A stretch of 63,982 nt of DNA, filler included. It is 6 parts of 6 records of this genome, joined end to end, with 100 filler letters (N's around TTAATTAATTAA, not from the genome) between each part and the next. Parts side by side here need not be neighbours in the genome. Positions count along the whole stretch, not along the records: positions 43,221 to 50,088 come from SRR20825019_2149; positions 50,189 to 57,358 come from SRR20825019_2159; positions 57,459 to 63,982 come from SRR20825019_2197; 3 more parts are not named here. One strand, 5' to 3'. Within the stretch, counting starts at the first letter, position 1; each line of letters starts with the position of its first letter. Of the stretch, positions 46,342-57,985 are shown one piece after another. Below the pieces are notes generated by a model. It saw only the letters and a list, made by a program, of their open reading frames with translations, was not told the origin of the DNA and did not search any database. Both the position numbers and the translations under genes were made by a program.

Positions 46342-47789
46342 GCGAGACAACACACGGCTCTTCACACCATTCCGCCCACCACATCGATGTGAAAGAGTTC
46401 CACCCGCGCGCCCGGGCGGCCATCCACAACCCGCAGGTTCGCCAGAACTTCCGCAAGGCGATGGACGGCCTGATGACCAAGCGCAAATCCGCCTTTGAAG
46501 GTTGGGACCTGGAAACCCTTCGGGACTTGGGCGCCAACATTCGCATGCGGGCCCTGGCCAGCCTGCCGGATTTGCTGGAGCAACTGGAACAGAAGCTGAC
46601 TGAGAACGGCATTACCGTGCATTGGGCCACCGACGGTGATGAAGCCTGCCGTATCGTGCGCGATATCTGCGTGGCGCGGGACGCCAAGACGGCGATCAAA
46701 GGCAAGTCCATGGTCTCTGAGGAAATGGAGCTGAACCATTACCTTGAGGAACAGGGCATCGAGGCGCTGGAGTCCGACCTTGGCGAGTACATTGTGCAAT
46801 TGGCGGAAGAAACACCCTCGCACATCATCATGCCGGCGATTCACAAGAACACTGGCGAGATCTCCCAACTGCTGCACGACAAAACCGGCACCGACCTTTC
46901 CAACGACGTGGAATACCTGACTGCGAATGCCCGGCTGCAGTTGCGGGAAAAATTCCGTAATGCCGACGTGGGCATTTCCGGCGTTAACTTCGCCGTGGCC
47001 GAAACCGGCACCCTGTGCCTGGTGGAAAACGAAGGCAATGGCCGTATGACCACCACAGTGCCACCCTGCCACATTGCCGTGACCGGCATTGAGAAGGTGG
47101 TGCCCAATCTGGAAGACGTGACTGCCCTGCTGGCGCTACTGACCCGTTCCGCCACCGGCCAGCACATCACTACCTACTTCAATATGATTTCCGGCCCCCG
47201 CAAGCCCAACGAGATGGACGGCCCGGAAGAGGTTCACGTGGTGCTGGTGGACAATGGCCGCTCCACCATCTATCAGGACGACGAGTTGCTGGACACCCTG
47301 CGCTGCATTCGCTGCGGCGCCTGCATGAACCACTGCCCGGTGTATACGCGGGTGGGCGGCCACACCTATGGCACTACCTATCCCGGCCCCATCGGTAAAA
47401 TCCTGATGCCGCATATGGTGGGCCTTGATGAAGGCCGGCATCTGCCGACGGCCTCAAGCCTGTGTGGGGCCTGCGGCGAAGTCTGCCCCGTTAAGATTCC
47501 GATTCCGGACCTGCTGGTGCGACTGCGCCAGGAATCCGTGGACGGTGACAAGCTGCACCCCGCCAAGGTTCGTGGCCATGGCGCCAAACGCAGTAGCGTG
47601 GAGGCCATGATCTGGAAGGGCTGGAGCTGGATGCACGCCAAACCCGGCCTCTATCGCCTGGGCACCAGCCTGGGCGCACGATTCCGCAAGCTGCAGCCAG
47701 GCAAGATTGGCGCCTGGACGCAATACCGAACCGCGCCAAAACTGGCGCCAAAAACCCTGCACGAACGAATGAAGGAGCGTGGCCAATGA
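46338..47789 (+). CDS. lutB: L-lactate utilisation Fe-S protein B (LutB/LldF/YkgF)
   Basis: KGKSMVSEE, ESDLGEYIVQL, PSHIIMPAIH, CIRCGACMNHCP, SSLCGACGEVCP; ATGA overlap with lutA. Confidence 0.95.
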   Translation: MSETTHGSSHHSAHHIDVKEFHPRARAAIHNPQVRQNFRKAMDGLMTKRKSAFEGWDLETLRDLGANIRMRALASLPDLLEQLEQKLTENGITVHWATDGDEACRIVRDICVARDAKTAIKGKSMVSEEMELNHYLEEQGIEALESDLGEYIVQLAEETPSHIIMPAIHKNTGEISQLLHDKTGTDLSNDVEYLTANARLQLREKFRNADVGISGVNFAVAETGTLCLVENEGNGRMTTTVPPCHIAVTGIEKVVPNLEDVTALLALLTRSATGQHITTYFNMISGPRKPNEMDGPEEVHVVLVDNGRSTIYQDDELLDTLRCIRCGACMNHCPVYTRVGGHTYGTTYPGPIGKILMPHMVGLDEGRHLPTASSLCGACGEVCPVKIPIPDLLVRLRQESVDGDKLHPAKVRGHGAKRSSVEAMIWKGWSWMHAKPGLYRLGTSLGARFRKLQPGKIGAWTQYRTAPKLAPKTLHERMKERGQ

Positions 47790-48445
47790 GTTCCAGAAAC
47801 GCCATTCTCCAGCGCCTGCGCAACCGCACCGGCGGCGAACTGACGGCCCCGGAGTGCGATTTTTCAGTGCTTGATCGTCCGGACTGGAGCACCGCTGAAC
47901 GGCTGGACATGTTCGAACGGACCATCGAATCGGTTCACGGGGAAGTGCATCGCACCACGGAATCCGGCTGGATTGACCGGTTGGCTGAAATCCTTCAGAG
48001 CCGCGGCGCCCAGACCCTGCTGATTGCCAAGGAACATGAGATCGGCCAGGCCCTGAGAAGCGCCACCAAAAACCGCGAGGACCTGCCTCAGTTGCTGGTG
48101 TACGACGAGCCCATCGAAAGCTGGCAGGAAGGACTGTTCAATGAGGTGGACGCCGGCATCACCTCTACCCGGGGCGGCATTGCCGAAACCGGGTCACTGA
48201 TTCTTTGGCCGACGGCGGATGAACCCCGGCTGATGAGCCTGGTGCCGCCCATTCATATTGCGATCCTGAAGGCCAGTGAGTTGTACACCACGTTCCACGA
48301 TGCCATGCAATCCCAGAACTGGGCCGCTGGCATGCCAACCAATGCGCTGTTAGTCTCCGGGCCTTCGAAGACCGCTGATATCGAGCAAACTCTCGCTTAC
48401 GGTGTTCACGGTCCCAAGGAACTCATCGTACTGGTTATTGAATGA
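47786..48445 (+). CDS. lutC: L-lactate utilisation protein C (LutC/LldG/YkgG)
   Basis: IAETGSL, RLMSLVPPIH, SGPSKTADIEQTLAYGVHGP; ATGA overlap. Confidence 0.94.
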   Translation: MSSRNAILQRLRNRTGGELTAPECDFSVLDRPDWSTAERLDMFERTIESVHGEVHRTTESGWIDRLAEILQSRGAQTLLIAKEHEIGQALRSATKNREDLPQLLVYDEPIESWQEGLFNEVDAGITSTRGGIAETGSLILWPTADEPRLMSLVPPIHIAILKASELYTTFHDAMQSQNWAAGMPTNALLVSGPSKTADIEQTLAYGVHGPKELIVLVIE

Positions 48446-49362
48446 TCCGAGGCGCATTACTGATTGCCCTGGCCGCCCTGCTCTGGGCGACCACGGGTAT
48501 CGTGGCAAAATTCCTGTTTTCCGGCTCCGACCTGCAGGCAGTGACACTGGGCTTCCTGCGCCTGGCGGTCGCTTTACCCTTCTTCTTTGGGCTGATGCTG
48601 AGGGAGCAGCGCGCACTCGCTCGCAGTGCAACCTCTCCGCCAAAGTTCACCCGTAAAGCTCTGGTTCCGCTTGTGGCCCTGGGCTTCTTCCAGGCGGTCT
48701 ATCAGGGCAGCTACCTGCTGGCCGTGGACATGACCGGTGCAGGTATCGCCACGCTGATTGCCCTGTGCCTGGCACCCGTGCTTGTCGCCATCATGGCGGC
48801 GCCGCTGCTGGGCGAGAAACCGGGTGTGGTGACAATGCTGGCGCTGGCCGCCGCCATTGCCGGCACCGCGATGCTGGTGATCAGCGACATGGACAGCGCT
48901 GGCCATCTTCGCCTCGGTGGTATTCTGGTGGCGGTTCTTGCCGCGCTGGTTTACGCAGGCTTCACACTCACCAGTCGGTACACCTCCACCGGCACACCGG
49001 TGTTCACCACGGCGTTCATCTGCTTTTTTACCGCTGCGCTGATCCTGCTGCCTGTGGTTGCGCTGAGTGGTGGTTTTGACGGGCTACAAAGCCTGGAATT
49101 TTCGCAGTGGCTGATGGTGGCCTACATCGGTATTGTGCCGACCTGCCTGGGGTATGTGAGTTTCTTCAGCGGTATGAAGACAACACCGGCTACTCTGTCG
49201 AGCATTATCGTGACTCTGGAGCCGCTGTTCGTGGCCATGCTTGCCTGGGTAATTCTGGGTGAGGAATTGGGGGTGATCGGTATTGCCGGGGCGTTGATTC
49301 TGACGGCGGCGGTGATCGTGGCCTCTCGCAGCAGTGCCGGGAGTCGTCCCGACACTGCCTGA
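48442..49362 (+). CDS. DMT/EamA-family transporter
   Basis: About 10 hydrophobic helices, two EamA halves, TLEPLF...LGE motif; ATGA overlap with lutC. Confidence 0.88.
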   Translation: MIRGALLIALAALLWATTGIVAKFLFSGSDLQAVTLGFLRLAVALPFFFGLMLREQRALARSATSPPKFTRKALVPLVALGFFQAVYQGSYLLAVDMTGAGIATLIALCLAPVLVAIMAAPLLGEKPGVVTMLALAAAIAGTAMLVISDMDSAGHLRLGGILVAVLAALVYAGFTLTSRYTSTGTPVFTTAFICFFTAALILLPVVALSGGFDGLQSLEFSQWLMVAYIGIVPTCLGYVSFFSGMKTTPATLSSIIVTLEPLFVAMLAWVILGEELGVIGIAGALILTAAVIVASRSSAGSRPDTA

Positions 49363-49381
49363 TACCACCGAGTCAGGCGGT

Positions 49382-49942
49382 TTACTCTTCCTCTTCTTCT
49401 ACCCGGCGCTGCTTTTCGAGCATGTTCGGCTGCAGGATTTCGATCCAGTAGCCGTCCGGGTCCTTGATGAACGCCAGGCCCTTCATTTTGCCGTCGTCCG
49501 GCTTCTTGACGAAGTCCACACCCAGTTTTTCAAAGCGATCGCAGGCGCTGTATACGTCCGGCACCGCTACGCCGATGTGGCCAAAGCCCTGGGGCTCGTC
49601 GTTGCCATTATGGTAGCCAAACTCTTCATCGTTTTCGGTGCCCCAGTTGTGGGTCAGTTCGAGCATGGCTTCGCGGCCAAAGATGAAGGTGGTGCGGTGA
49701 GCGTCGTCGTTGGGGACCATGTTGGCCTGGCGGTCGTCGAGGTAGGCGAGGAAGTAGAGGGTGAATTTCATTTCCGGGAAGTCGAGTTTTCTGACGAGGC
49801 GCATGCCCATTACCCGGGTGTAGAAGTCCATGGAGCGCTCGGGGTCTTTGATGCGCATCATGGTTTGGTTGAAGACGTAGCCTTCGGTTTCGGGGACGGT
49901 TGCTTCGTGCAGGCCGGGGGCTTGTTCGAAGTGTTTGGGCAT
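49382..49942 (-). CDS. gloA: Lactoylglutathione lyase (glyoxalase I, long Zn-type)
   Basis: [45 protein letters not shown]. Confidence 0.96.
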   Translation of the reverse strand: MPKHFEQAPGLHEATVPETEGYVFNQTMMRIKDPERSMDFYTRVMGMRLVRKLDFPEMKFTLYFLAYLDDRQANMVPNDDAHRTTFIFGREAMLELTHNWGTENDEEFGYHNGNDEPQGFGHIGVAVPDVYSACDRFEKLGVDFVKKPDDGKMKGLAFIKDPDGYWIEILQPNMLEKQRRVEEEEE

Positions 49943-50088
49943 GGGAGCTCCCTTTTATGGGTTCAGGATTCAACCATTATACTTGCGTGCGTTGCGGGGA
50001 GATTTCAAGGGCTGCCTTTGATTGCATGTTTGGGAGGCTGGTCAGTGCGGGAGTGTTCTCCCCAGACACGCCGTGAACCCATCCATGG

Positions 50089-50188
50089 NNNNNNNNNNNN
50101 NNNNNNNNNNNNNNNNNNNNNNNNNNNNNNNNTTAATTAATTAANNNNNNNNNNNNNNNNNNNNNNNNNNNNNNNNNNNNNNNNNNNN
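50089..50188. other. Artificial contig spacer
   Basis: N44-TTAATTAATTAA-N44. Confidence 0.99.
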
Positions 50189-51160
50189 TAATAAACCAAC
50201 CAACCAACCAACCGGGCGCGCCGTTGAACTCGACCGAAAGCCCAACTGCCACATCAACTACAGCAGTGGTCCGGCCAGTCGTAGCCGGCATGGCCCAACT
50301 TCCGTTCCTCCGTCCATGCGGAGCCCCAGGCAGCACCCACCTTGGTTTTGTCTCTTCCGCGGCCACCCCAATTGGCCGCCCCAGCACCGGGTCCTACAGC
50401 ACGACTGACTGCCATGCCGACACCAGTGCTGAACTGCGTGAGTACGGAGTGTGGGAAGCGCCGTGAACTTTGGCCACAGGCAACGGTCAACTGCAGACCC
50501 TGATCCGATGACGCCCGTGGATGCGCCGCACCGTCGGACCTCGGCTCCCATCCTCACGACAAAACTTGTTGTGGTACGTGACCGGCTAACGAGTCAGACC
50601 CGCGCCCATAAATGCACCGCACCGTCAGACCCGCACCAGCTGACGCGGCCAAACCGCCGCGAACTCGACCGGAAGCCCCGGCAAGCTGTCCGTCCCGACA
50701 GTGTCTGTCCACATACTTATGCAGCAGATTTGGGTGAAGGACTCAGGAGAGTTCAGTGAGACGAGCTTGGCGGTGACCATGTCAACGTATGGTGCCCACC
50801 TGGATATCTATCCCAGTGACTGACTCACCAAGGCCACTGGAGCCGAACCGGGGGGGTGGGGGGTCTAAGTAGTCTCACGGTTTCAAACCTGTGCTGTGCT
50901 CTCGGACTTTCACAATATCCCACTGGAGCAGCCGGCTACTGACCAGACCGCAGACTGCCGTAATAAGCATTGAAACTGCCTTTTTCAGCCCCGTTCTAGC
51001 GAGATCTCGGGCAGACCCTTGGTAATTCTTGTCCTGTAACTGTGCTTTACAAGGTGCCATTGAGTCTTGGCCACTGTGTTCCGCGAGCTTTCCACTTTGT
51101 TTAATTCCCTTAATTCATGATCTTCCATTTCTATAATCTCATACCATTTGGACTCCACAC

Positions 51161-53170
51161 TCACAGGGTGACCCCCGAGACCGGTTCGCCCTCTCCACCG
51201 CCGAGAGCAGCGTCATCTGCGCCATCGATATCGGTGCCAGAGGCATCACTGCCGTCCGCTGATGAGTCCGGGGTAGCAAAGTCTGTATAGTAATACTCGT
51301 TCATCTGTGAGCACACGATTAGAGCCCGGGCATTCGTGCTGGAAATATAGATATATATAGTTTCGCAAGTTTGACCAAAGCAACAAAAAGGGTCAAAAGA
51401 GCGAGGGGGTGACGGCAACCGGCTCACTATTATATATACTATCCGTTGGATACAAAGAATCCGATATCTCAAATATTGATACTACCGGCCCCACCCTCTG
51501 CTGTGTCAACACAACTAAATAATACATGCACACGCCTGGCCTGATATCTTCGTGAATGCTAGTAACATATGACTCGTCCCCATCACCCAGCCTTATTCAC
51601 GTCACTGACACCACCAGTTTGTTGGAAATACTCCGCAGTGTATAGTCTATATATGAATCTTCACATCAAATCTGTTCGATCACAACCTATATGCCGCCCG
51701 TCTCATCACCAACACCCCATGACATCAACTATGAGTGGGCATAGTCCCCAGGCCGACGTGAAGAAACAAAAATTTTGAAAAGAAGTGGAATTAACGGCTG
51801 CTTACCGGAGTGTCCTTGTCGCCTCTCTTAAGCAAGGTGTCGAATTTCTTCTTCAGTGTCGCATAATCCTCCGCCTTCTCCTCGCCCTTCCCTTTGCCAG
51901 TCACGGTCTTGTCATTCACGGCAAGGGCTCCGGGTGCCGGCTCGCCCTTGGGTGGTGGAGCCGGTGCCGCAGCAACATCCTCCGCAGCTTCACCCCCCTT
52001 TGGGGGGGAATCCTCACCATCTTGTGTACCTAGCGCGAGGCTCGCAGCCGGACCGCCGCTCTTCTCAGCTGCCACTACCGCCCTGAACTGCACCTCCAGG
52101 GCCAAGTAATCCTTTACCACTGTGAGAGAGACAATGTCAGTCTGAGTTCATCATCTTGCCACACAGCAGTAGGGAACTCCACACATGAACGAGCATACAT
52201 TTACACGTGTAACCAACAAACCGGAACCGACCCGTGTCGAACACCCGGCATATTCCACATACACACTCAACGCAAGCCGACAAGATAGGATTGAATACAT
52301 CAAAGGAAATGTTACGGAGGGGGGTCACTCACCCTTCGATACGGCGAACGGGCTCTTAGGATCAAGTTGGGCTGCGGCTATCATTTTCTGTTTCTCACTG
52401 TGTGCTGCGGCGTACTCAGCTGCCAGCTTCTGGCCGGCGGCATCCATCTCGCCCGGATTGTTGAGGAGATACCGTAGCGAGGCCTCGTCCTTCAAGGGGT
52501 ACGTCTTCAAGGCGTATGCCTGCCACGCCTCGCGCGCGTCAAAGAGCTTGTTCAGAATGACAGTTGCTTCCTTATCTCCCTCAGATGGGCCCGCGGGGGT
52601 GGCCCCAGCAACCGTGGCATTGTTCACCTTCACTCCGCCAGCGGCCGCTTCGCCCCCCGCCACAGTGCTGTTCGCAGTCTTACCAGCAGGGGGAGTGGCA
52701 ACCTCCTTCTTAACGCTCTCAACCTGGTCAAACGGTTAGTGGATAGTGCCATTAAAGGTGCGGGTATAACGCCATATCAAGGGCAAGCTCACCTCTTTCG
52801 CGTCTGCAGCCCCAGCCTCGGCCGCCTTCTTCTCCTCCGCCTTCTCCGCCTCCACGGCCTCCTTAGCATTCGCTTCAGCGACAGCCTGACTGGGCCCGGG
52901 CTCCGTAGCAGTGTCTTTCTCGGCCACATTGGCCTCCTTGGTGGCCTTGACCTGGGAAGAATAGTCGCTCTTCTCAGTGGCCAGCTTAGCCTCTTGCGCC
53001 ATCGCCTCCTTGGTCGCTTTCACCTTGACGGCAGGGTCATCACCAGCATCGTCCGGAAGCTCGGGCGGGGGGTTGTTCGGGCCTCCCGAGCGAAGTGAAA
53101 TGGCGAATGTGGTCTGGACCAACAACGCGATCAGAATCGCCACACCCGCCCTCCAACGAGAGCTGAGCAT
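51161..53170 (-). CDS. Secreted Ala/Glu/Lys/Gly-rich protein of unknown function (at least 4 exons)
   Basis: Signal peptide MLSSRWRAGVAILIALLVQTTFA; exons join in frame through GT-AG introns of ~70, ~210 and ~500 nt; 3' end uncertain. Confidence 0.65.
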
Positions 53171-54294
53171 ATTGTCACGCGCGAGATTGCAGTGACTTCG
53201 GTGCCTGCAGACTACATAGGTCTGTGCGCCCCAATATTTAACCTCGGGCCGGCATGCGCAAGTCACAAAGTGTGGCCAGGCGGACCAAAGCCGCCCGGGT
53301 GCTGACGACAGCCGGCTCCCCCCGAGTGCCCGCCCGGGGGTCAGCCGAGCTGCGCCCGGCCGCGCCGGCCCGTGACCGGCTGGCGGCGGCACGCGCCGGG
53401 CGAGACGCCTCGGGGCCGGCGCCCGCGCCGGCCGCCGGGGGCGGGGCCGGCCGGGCGGCCGCCGGCGGTCCTGACCGGTGCAAGATCTTGAGAATCTACA
53501 CCTTGCATTCTAGCGGCCCATCCTCGATCCAATTCTTCTCGATATACACGTGGCCATCGGGAGACTCGGGCCCAGCAGTGACGAGTCGGGATTCTCGGGA
53601 AGCAGTCATCCTCGCCTGCCTGCCGTGGCCGCCGGCGCTCGTGAGGCCAACAACGCCAACCGGCCGAGTCCTCACGGCACTGACCCGGACTCACTGGCAG
53701 CCGATCCGGCACCCGGGGGTGGCCGACCGACACTGACGCCGGGCCACTGGCGGCGGCTGGACCGGGCTCCGAGTGCATGGAACTGTGCGGTGACTGAGTG
53801 AAGCACCCGTGAAGCACCCGACTGGAATCGCTGCCGAACTGCTCCGGCTCAGCCGGGCTAGTCCGCCCCGCTTGATCGTTTGAGTTTGTCCGGTCGCCAG
53901 CCGGGTTCGCGGCGCCGGCCACTGAGCGGGCGGTGAGCACGGTGGGTTGCCCCCCCCCGATGCTGCCCTCAGGCGCGGGCCGCGCCCGAGGGTCGGACGC
54001 CCTCCGGCGGGGCCTCCATTGATTCATAGATCGGATAATAGACTGCGGGGCAGTGAGCGCGGCACTGAGCTAGGAGTGAGCACTGAGTGTGCCAGTGGTG
54101 TGCGAATGAAATAAAAACGGTTTTCCGAATAAGCACTCTGCATAAGCCGGGCATTGCATAGTCCGATCCAACCCGGTCGACAAGAATGAGGGGCCCCGGC
54201 CCGGAAATGACGTCTTGAGCCTGTAACTTGGAAAACCCGGACCGAGAAAGAGAAATTTCATTAACTGAAGCCCGGTATCCGGCGATGCCGCACA

Positions 54295-56268
54295 CTAAAG
54301 CCGCAACTCATCCATATCCCCGGGGGAGGCGGTGGTGGCCCGGCGGGCATCCGCGGCGCGTTCACGCCGAACATCCTCTCTTTGGTGCCGGGCGCAGATA
54401 TTGGTCTCAGTTACGCAGGCGGTCGCACCATCCTTGTTCTCATTCTTCCACAGGACACGATTCAGCTCCTTGATGTACGCGTCCGTGAACCCAAAGCACA
54501 CCTCGGTCGTAGTCTACACAAAACTCCGACTTAGCCAGGCTCCCAATTAACGTGAGTGATGGCAACGCCGAATGGCCGCCATGCCGGGCCCTACCTGTCC
54601 GTTGCCGGCGCGGCTGCCTGTTTCCAAAAATAGATCTGCGCTTCGAACGCTATCAGCTCCAGCAGGCTCTTGACGATCAGACAACCCGTCTGCGCTCTCA
54701 ACGCTATCATCCGTCTTAGACAACCGATACTGAAAGGGTGTCACTAGAATATTTCACAACTGAACTGCGCGAGCCACTTACTCTATACACCAACGCCCGG
54801 TCGTCGTTAAAGATTATATCACATGATTCTCGGAATCTTATAGCGGCGCCCGGGCTGTGACCAATGTCAGACCATCAAGCAGCAACGCGGCTAGTGACAC
54901 GCACCAGGACTTCTCACTCTTGTAGCACTTCTTTTCCCGCGGGCAGTAAAACTTGCCTTCGCCCACACACCGGCTGCATTTGTTCCTCATATCTGCAAAA
55001 AATGGATCGGCCTTGGTGGCACCCTCCATGTAGACCTGTGGCCGTATATGACATCAGAATTTTGATCAAAGGCCCCCAAAAACAGCAGTGAAGACTCACC
55101 ATGCCAATACAAGGGTGCATGCGGACCGGCTTGCCTGATAGCAGTCCATGTTAGCAGTCACCGGCCGCACCAGCACACCATGACCCACCTTCTTCGGTGA
55201 CGGCGTCGGCGCGGAGGATCTCATCGATCTCATCCTTGTTCTGCTTGTGAGAGGCCAGGCCTTCCTGCGCACTATAGACAAGGTCGCCACTAAGCCATCT
55301 CGTCGCAACATTCTCCACAGCCTCTCGGGAGCAGCGGTCGGTGACGTGGAGAGTGGCCACCTTGTTGGTGCACTCCCGTCCGCACTCGTTCTGGAACTGG
55401 CCCCAGTACGTATGAAGTCCTGCCCACCCGCCGTCAGTTCAGTCCATCACATCATCCCATCAGCATACCGCGTGTCGCATGCGCCAGTGAGATTCGTGTT
55501 TCTCTGTTCAAGCGCCGTTCCTCCCGGGCGCGCTCTGCCGAGGCGACGGGTGCCGACTCGTCCTTTACTTGGTAATCATTCTGCACATTTAGGTCAGTCA
55601 AACCACAGAGGCATCAGTCTGTCGCCAACGCAATTACCTTGTTAAAGCCCACGCCGCCCCATGCAGCAATGAACTTGGCCGCGGCCTCGATCTGGCCACT
55701 TCGATTCAACTCGTCACCTGCGGGTCCGCACACACGGCTCAGTCCTGACGGGGCCCAGGCAGTCACTGTGGTCACAAGGCCTTACCCCCTGGGGTATAAG
55801 CAAGCATCTTTCCAGTCTGCAGACCCATGCCATTCTCCAGCGCCAAAGGCCCCTTCCGCGCCGCGACTTGCTGGCGCTTGACCCCGGCCTCAAAAAACTC
55901 AATCTGCGATCAACCCCCAGCATCAGCGGACCACTGATCAACTGCACCGGATATCGGTTTCCCTCACCTGGTTGGAGAGGGAGGGCTCGAGTGACGCGCC
56001 GGGGCACCCGCTCCACTCGGCCTCGGCACTCGAAGGGGTAGCCTCGCTGATGCTCTCGACGCACGCAGTGCTGTCGGAGGAGCAGCTGTCTTCGTGCATC
56101 TGGTTGGAAAGGAACGGTCACAAGGCAAGGTCGCAGGCGGAGCGTGTTGAAGTGGGCACTCACCACCCACGTGTGGTCAAAGGAGACGGGGTCTGAGCAC
56201 ACAACCGCGCCTTCCGCTCTCCCCGCCACCAACAGCACCGCCGCCACCACCACCGCTAGAGTGCGCAT
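54295..56268 (-). CDS. Secreted Cys-containing protein of unknown function (~11 exons)
   Basis: Signal peptide MRTLAVVVAAVLLVAGRAEG; exons splice in frame (…FDHTWV|MHEDSC…, GLHTYWGQFQNECGRECT, CSRCVGEGKFYCPREKKCYKSEKS|CPG, …VCFGFTDAY…LRL*). Confidence 0.7.
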
Positions 56269-56339
56269 TCTGGGGAGTGTCAGTCTTCGAGTCGTCACTT
56301 CGGAACGGGGTGGTTGTATTCGTAGTCTGCTGCATATGC

Positions 56340-57358
56340 CGCCGGCACTGAGTGATACGACTCAGCACCGCGACAGCTTTGGGACCCCGGAAACTGGCCC
56401 GGGGGCGCGCCCCCCCCGCCTCCCCCGGCGCCCCCCCCCGGCCACCGTCATTGGCCGTCGCGCCACTCAAGGCCTGGGCCCGCCTGGCTTGGGGGCGGGC
56501 GCGGCTCCGAGGCCCGGCGCCTGGCCGTCAGGAGGGGAGTCGGGCCCGGCGATTAGGCTCCGAGCGGGGGGCCGGCCGGCGGCCCGGGGCCCACCGCGGC
56601 CGGGGCGGCCCGACGAGTCCGGCGGCGCCGCCGGGGCGGCCTCGTCCTCCCTGAACTGGAACGGCCCATCACAATGAACCGAAGGGGCCCCCGGGCGTGG
56701 CGGGCCTCCTCGCCGGCCCGCCGGTGCCACCGGCCCGGGCCCCGGGTCCGCGTCACGGCCGCTGCGGCGTACCACGACTGACTGATGAGTCGAGTAGTTA
56801 CTACTCAACGCACGCTTCCAATGTAGCGGAATATCTTGATTAGACGAGCGACGGCAAGCGCCGGGATTGAACCCGGGGGCCGGGCGGGCCCCCGCGGCCG
56901 GGACGGCCGTTGTTGGCGCACTGCGTGCCCCGGGGCTGACTCATCAGACCCACGCAGTGCCGGGCTCCCGGCCGGCCGGGTCAGAGTCCGGTGGGCCGGG
57001 CAAGCCGCGGGCCGCGCCGCCCCGCCGCCGCCGCCGCGGGGGCCCGCCGCGGCGTGCCCGGGCGCCCGGCCGGCCCGGGCCCCGCGCCGGCGGCGCCCGG
57101 GCGGGCCGGGGGGCAGGCTTGGCTGGGCCTGCGCCCGGCGGCCCCGAGGCTGAGTACCCGGCGCGCCGCCCGGCCCGCCCGGCCGGCCGCCAGCCCCGGC
57201 GACCATGAGCGCGCCCAGTTCACACCTTCGCCGGCGGGTGCTGGAGATGCCACTGGCCCACCCTTCACCGTCCTCTGGCTCGAGGCTCGCACTCACTGGC
57301 CGACGGCCCCGGTCAGTACACTGAGCAGTGAATGCTACCGGCGCCGGGCAGGGCGAGC
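56340..57358. promoter_or_regulatory. GC-rich island upstream of the secreted-protein gene
   Basis: Extremely GC-rich; contains CACTGAGTGATACGACTCAGC, GACTGACTGATGAGTCGAGT, CTGACTCATCAG. Confidence 0.45.
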
Positions 57359-57458
57359 NNNNNNNNNNNNNNNNNNNNNNNNNNNNNNNNNNNNNNNNNN
57401 NNTTAATTAATTAANNNNNNNNNNNNNNNNNNNNNNNNNNNNNNNNNNNNNNNNNNNN
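57359..57458. other. Artificial contig spacer
   Basis: N44-TTAATTAATTAA-N44. Confidence 0.99.
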
Positions 57459-57662
57459 ATGTTCGGCGGCACGCCGTCGAACCTGGCCATCTCGATCATG
57501 GAAAAGGCGCATGTGGAAGTGATCGCGGGCGCAAATCTGCCGATGCTGATCAAGCTGGCAAGCGTCCGGAACACGATGTCTCTCGCCGCCGCGGCGAACG
57601 AGGCGCAGGAGGCCGGCCGGAAATATATCCGTATCGCCTCGCAGGTCCTGGCCGGAGACTGA
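57459..57662 (+). CDS. PTS EIIA (mannose/fructose-type, ManX-like), 5' truncated
   Basis: MFGGTPSNLAIS...VEVIAGANLPMLIKL, directly upstream of HPr. Confidence 0.88.
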   Translation: MFGGTPSNLAISIMEKAHVEVIAGANLPMLIKLASVRNTMSLAAAANEAQEAGRKYIRIASQVLAGD

Positions 57663-57663
57663 C

Positions 57664-57972
57664 GTGGCGGAAAAAGATGTGGCTGCCTCCGGCTCCGGTA
57701 CTGGAGCCGTGGCGCGGGATCTGACCATCGTCAATCAGCGCGGTCTGCATGCACGGGCGGCGGCGAAATTCGTGAAGCTGGCGGAAACATTCACGGCGGA
57801 AGTCTCCGTGACCAAGGGCGATATGACTGTCTCCGGGCGCTCGATCATGGGATTGATGATGCTGGCGGCGGCGCCGGGCTGCACCATCCATGTCGCGGCC
57901 GAGGGAACTGACGCGCAGGATGCGCTGAACGCTATCACCAAGCTGGTGGACGACAAGTTCGACGAAGACTGA
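57664..57972 (+). CDS. ptsH: Phosphocarrier protein HPr/NPr
   Basis: GLHARAAAKFV (phospho-His) and RSIMGLMMLAA (regulatory Ser). Confidence 0.95.
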   Translation: MAEKDVAASGSGTGAVARDLTIVNQRGLHARAAAKFVKLAETFTAEVSVTKGDMTVSGRSIMGLMMLAAAPGCTIHVAAEGTDAQDALNAITKLVDDKFDED

Positions 57973-57985
57973 GGATCTGACCGCC

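Noticed and set aside
50189-50900. Short ORFs and AACC repeats at the start of contig 5
   Set aside because: No consistent exon chain or motif found; the microsatellite is too short to interpret.
20956-57458. Repeated TTAATTAATTAA palindromes within N runs
   Set aside because: Identical 100-bp synthetic contig joiners; adjacency across them has no biological meaning, so no HGT or cross-contig system is inferred.
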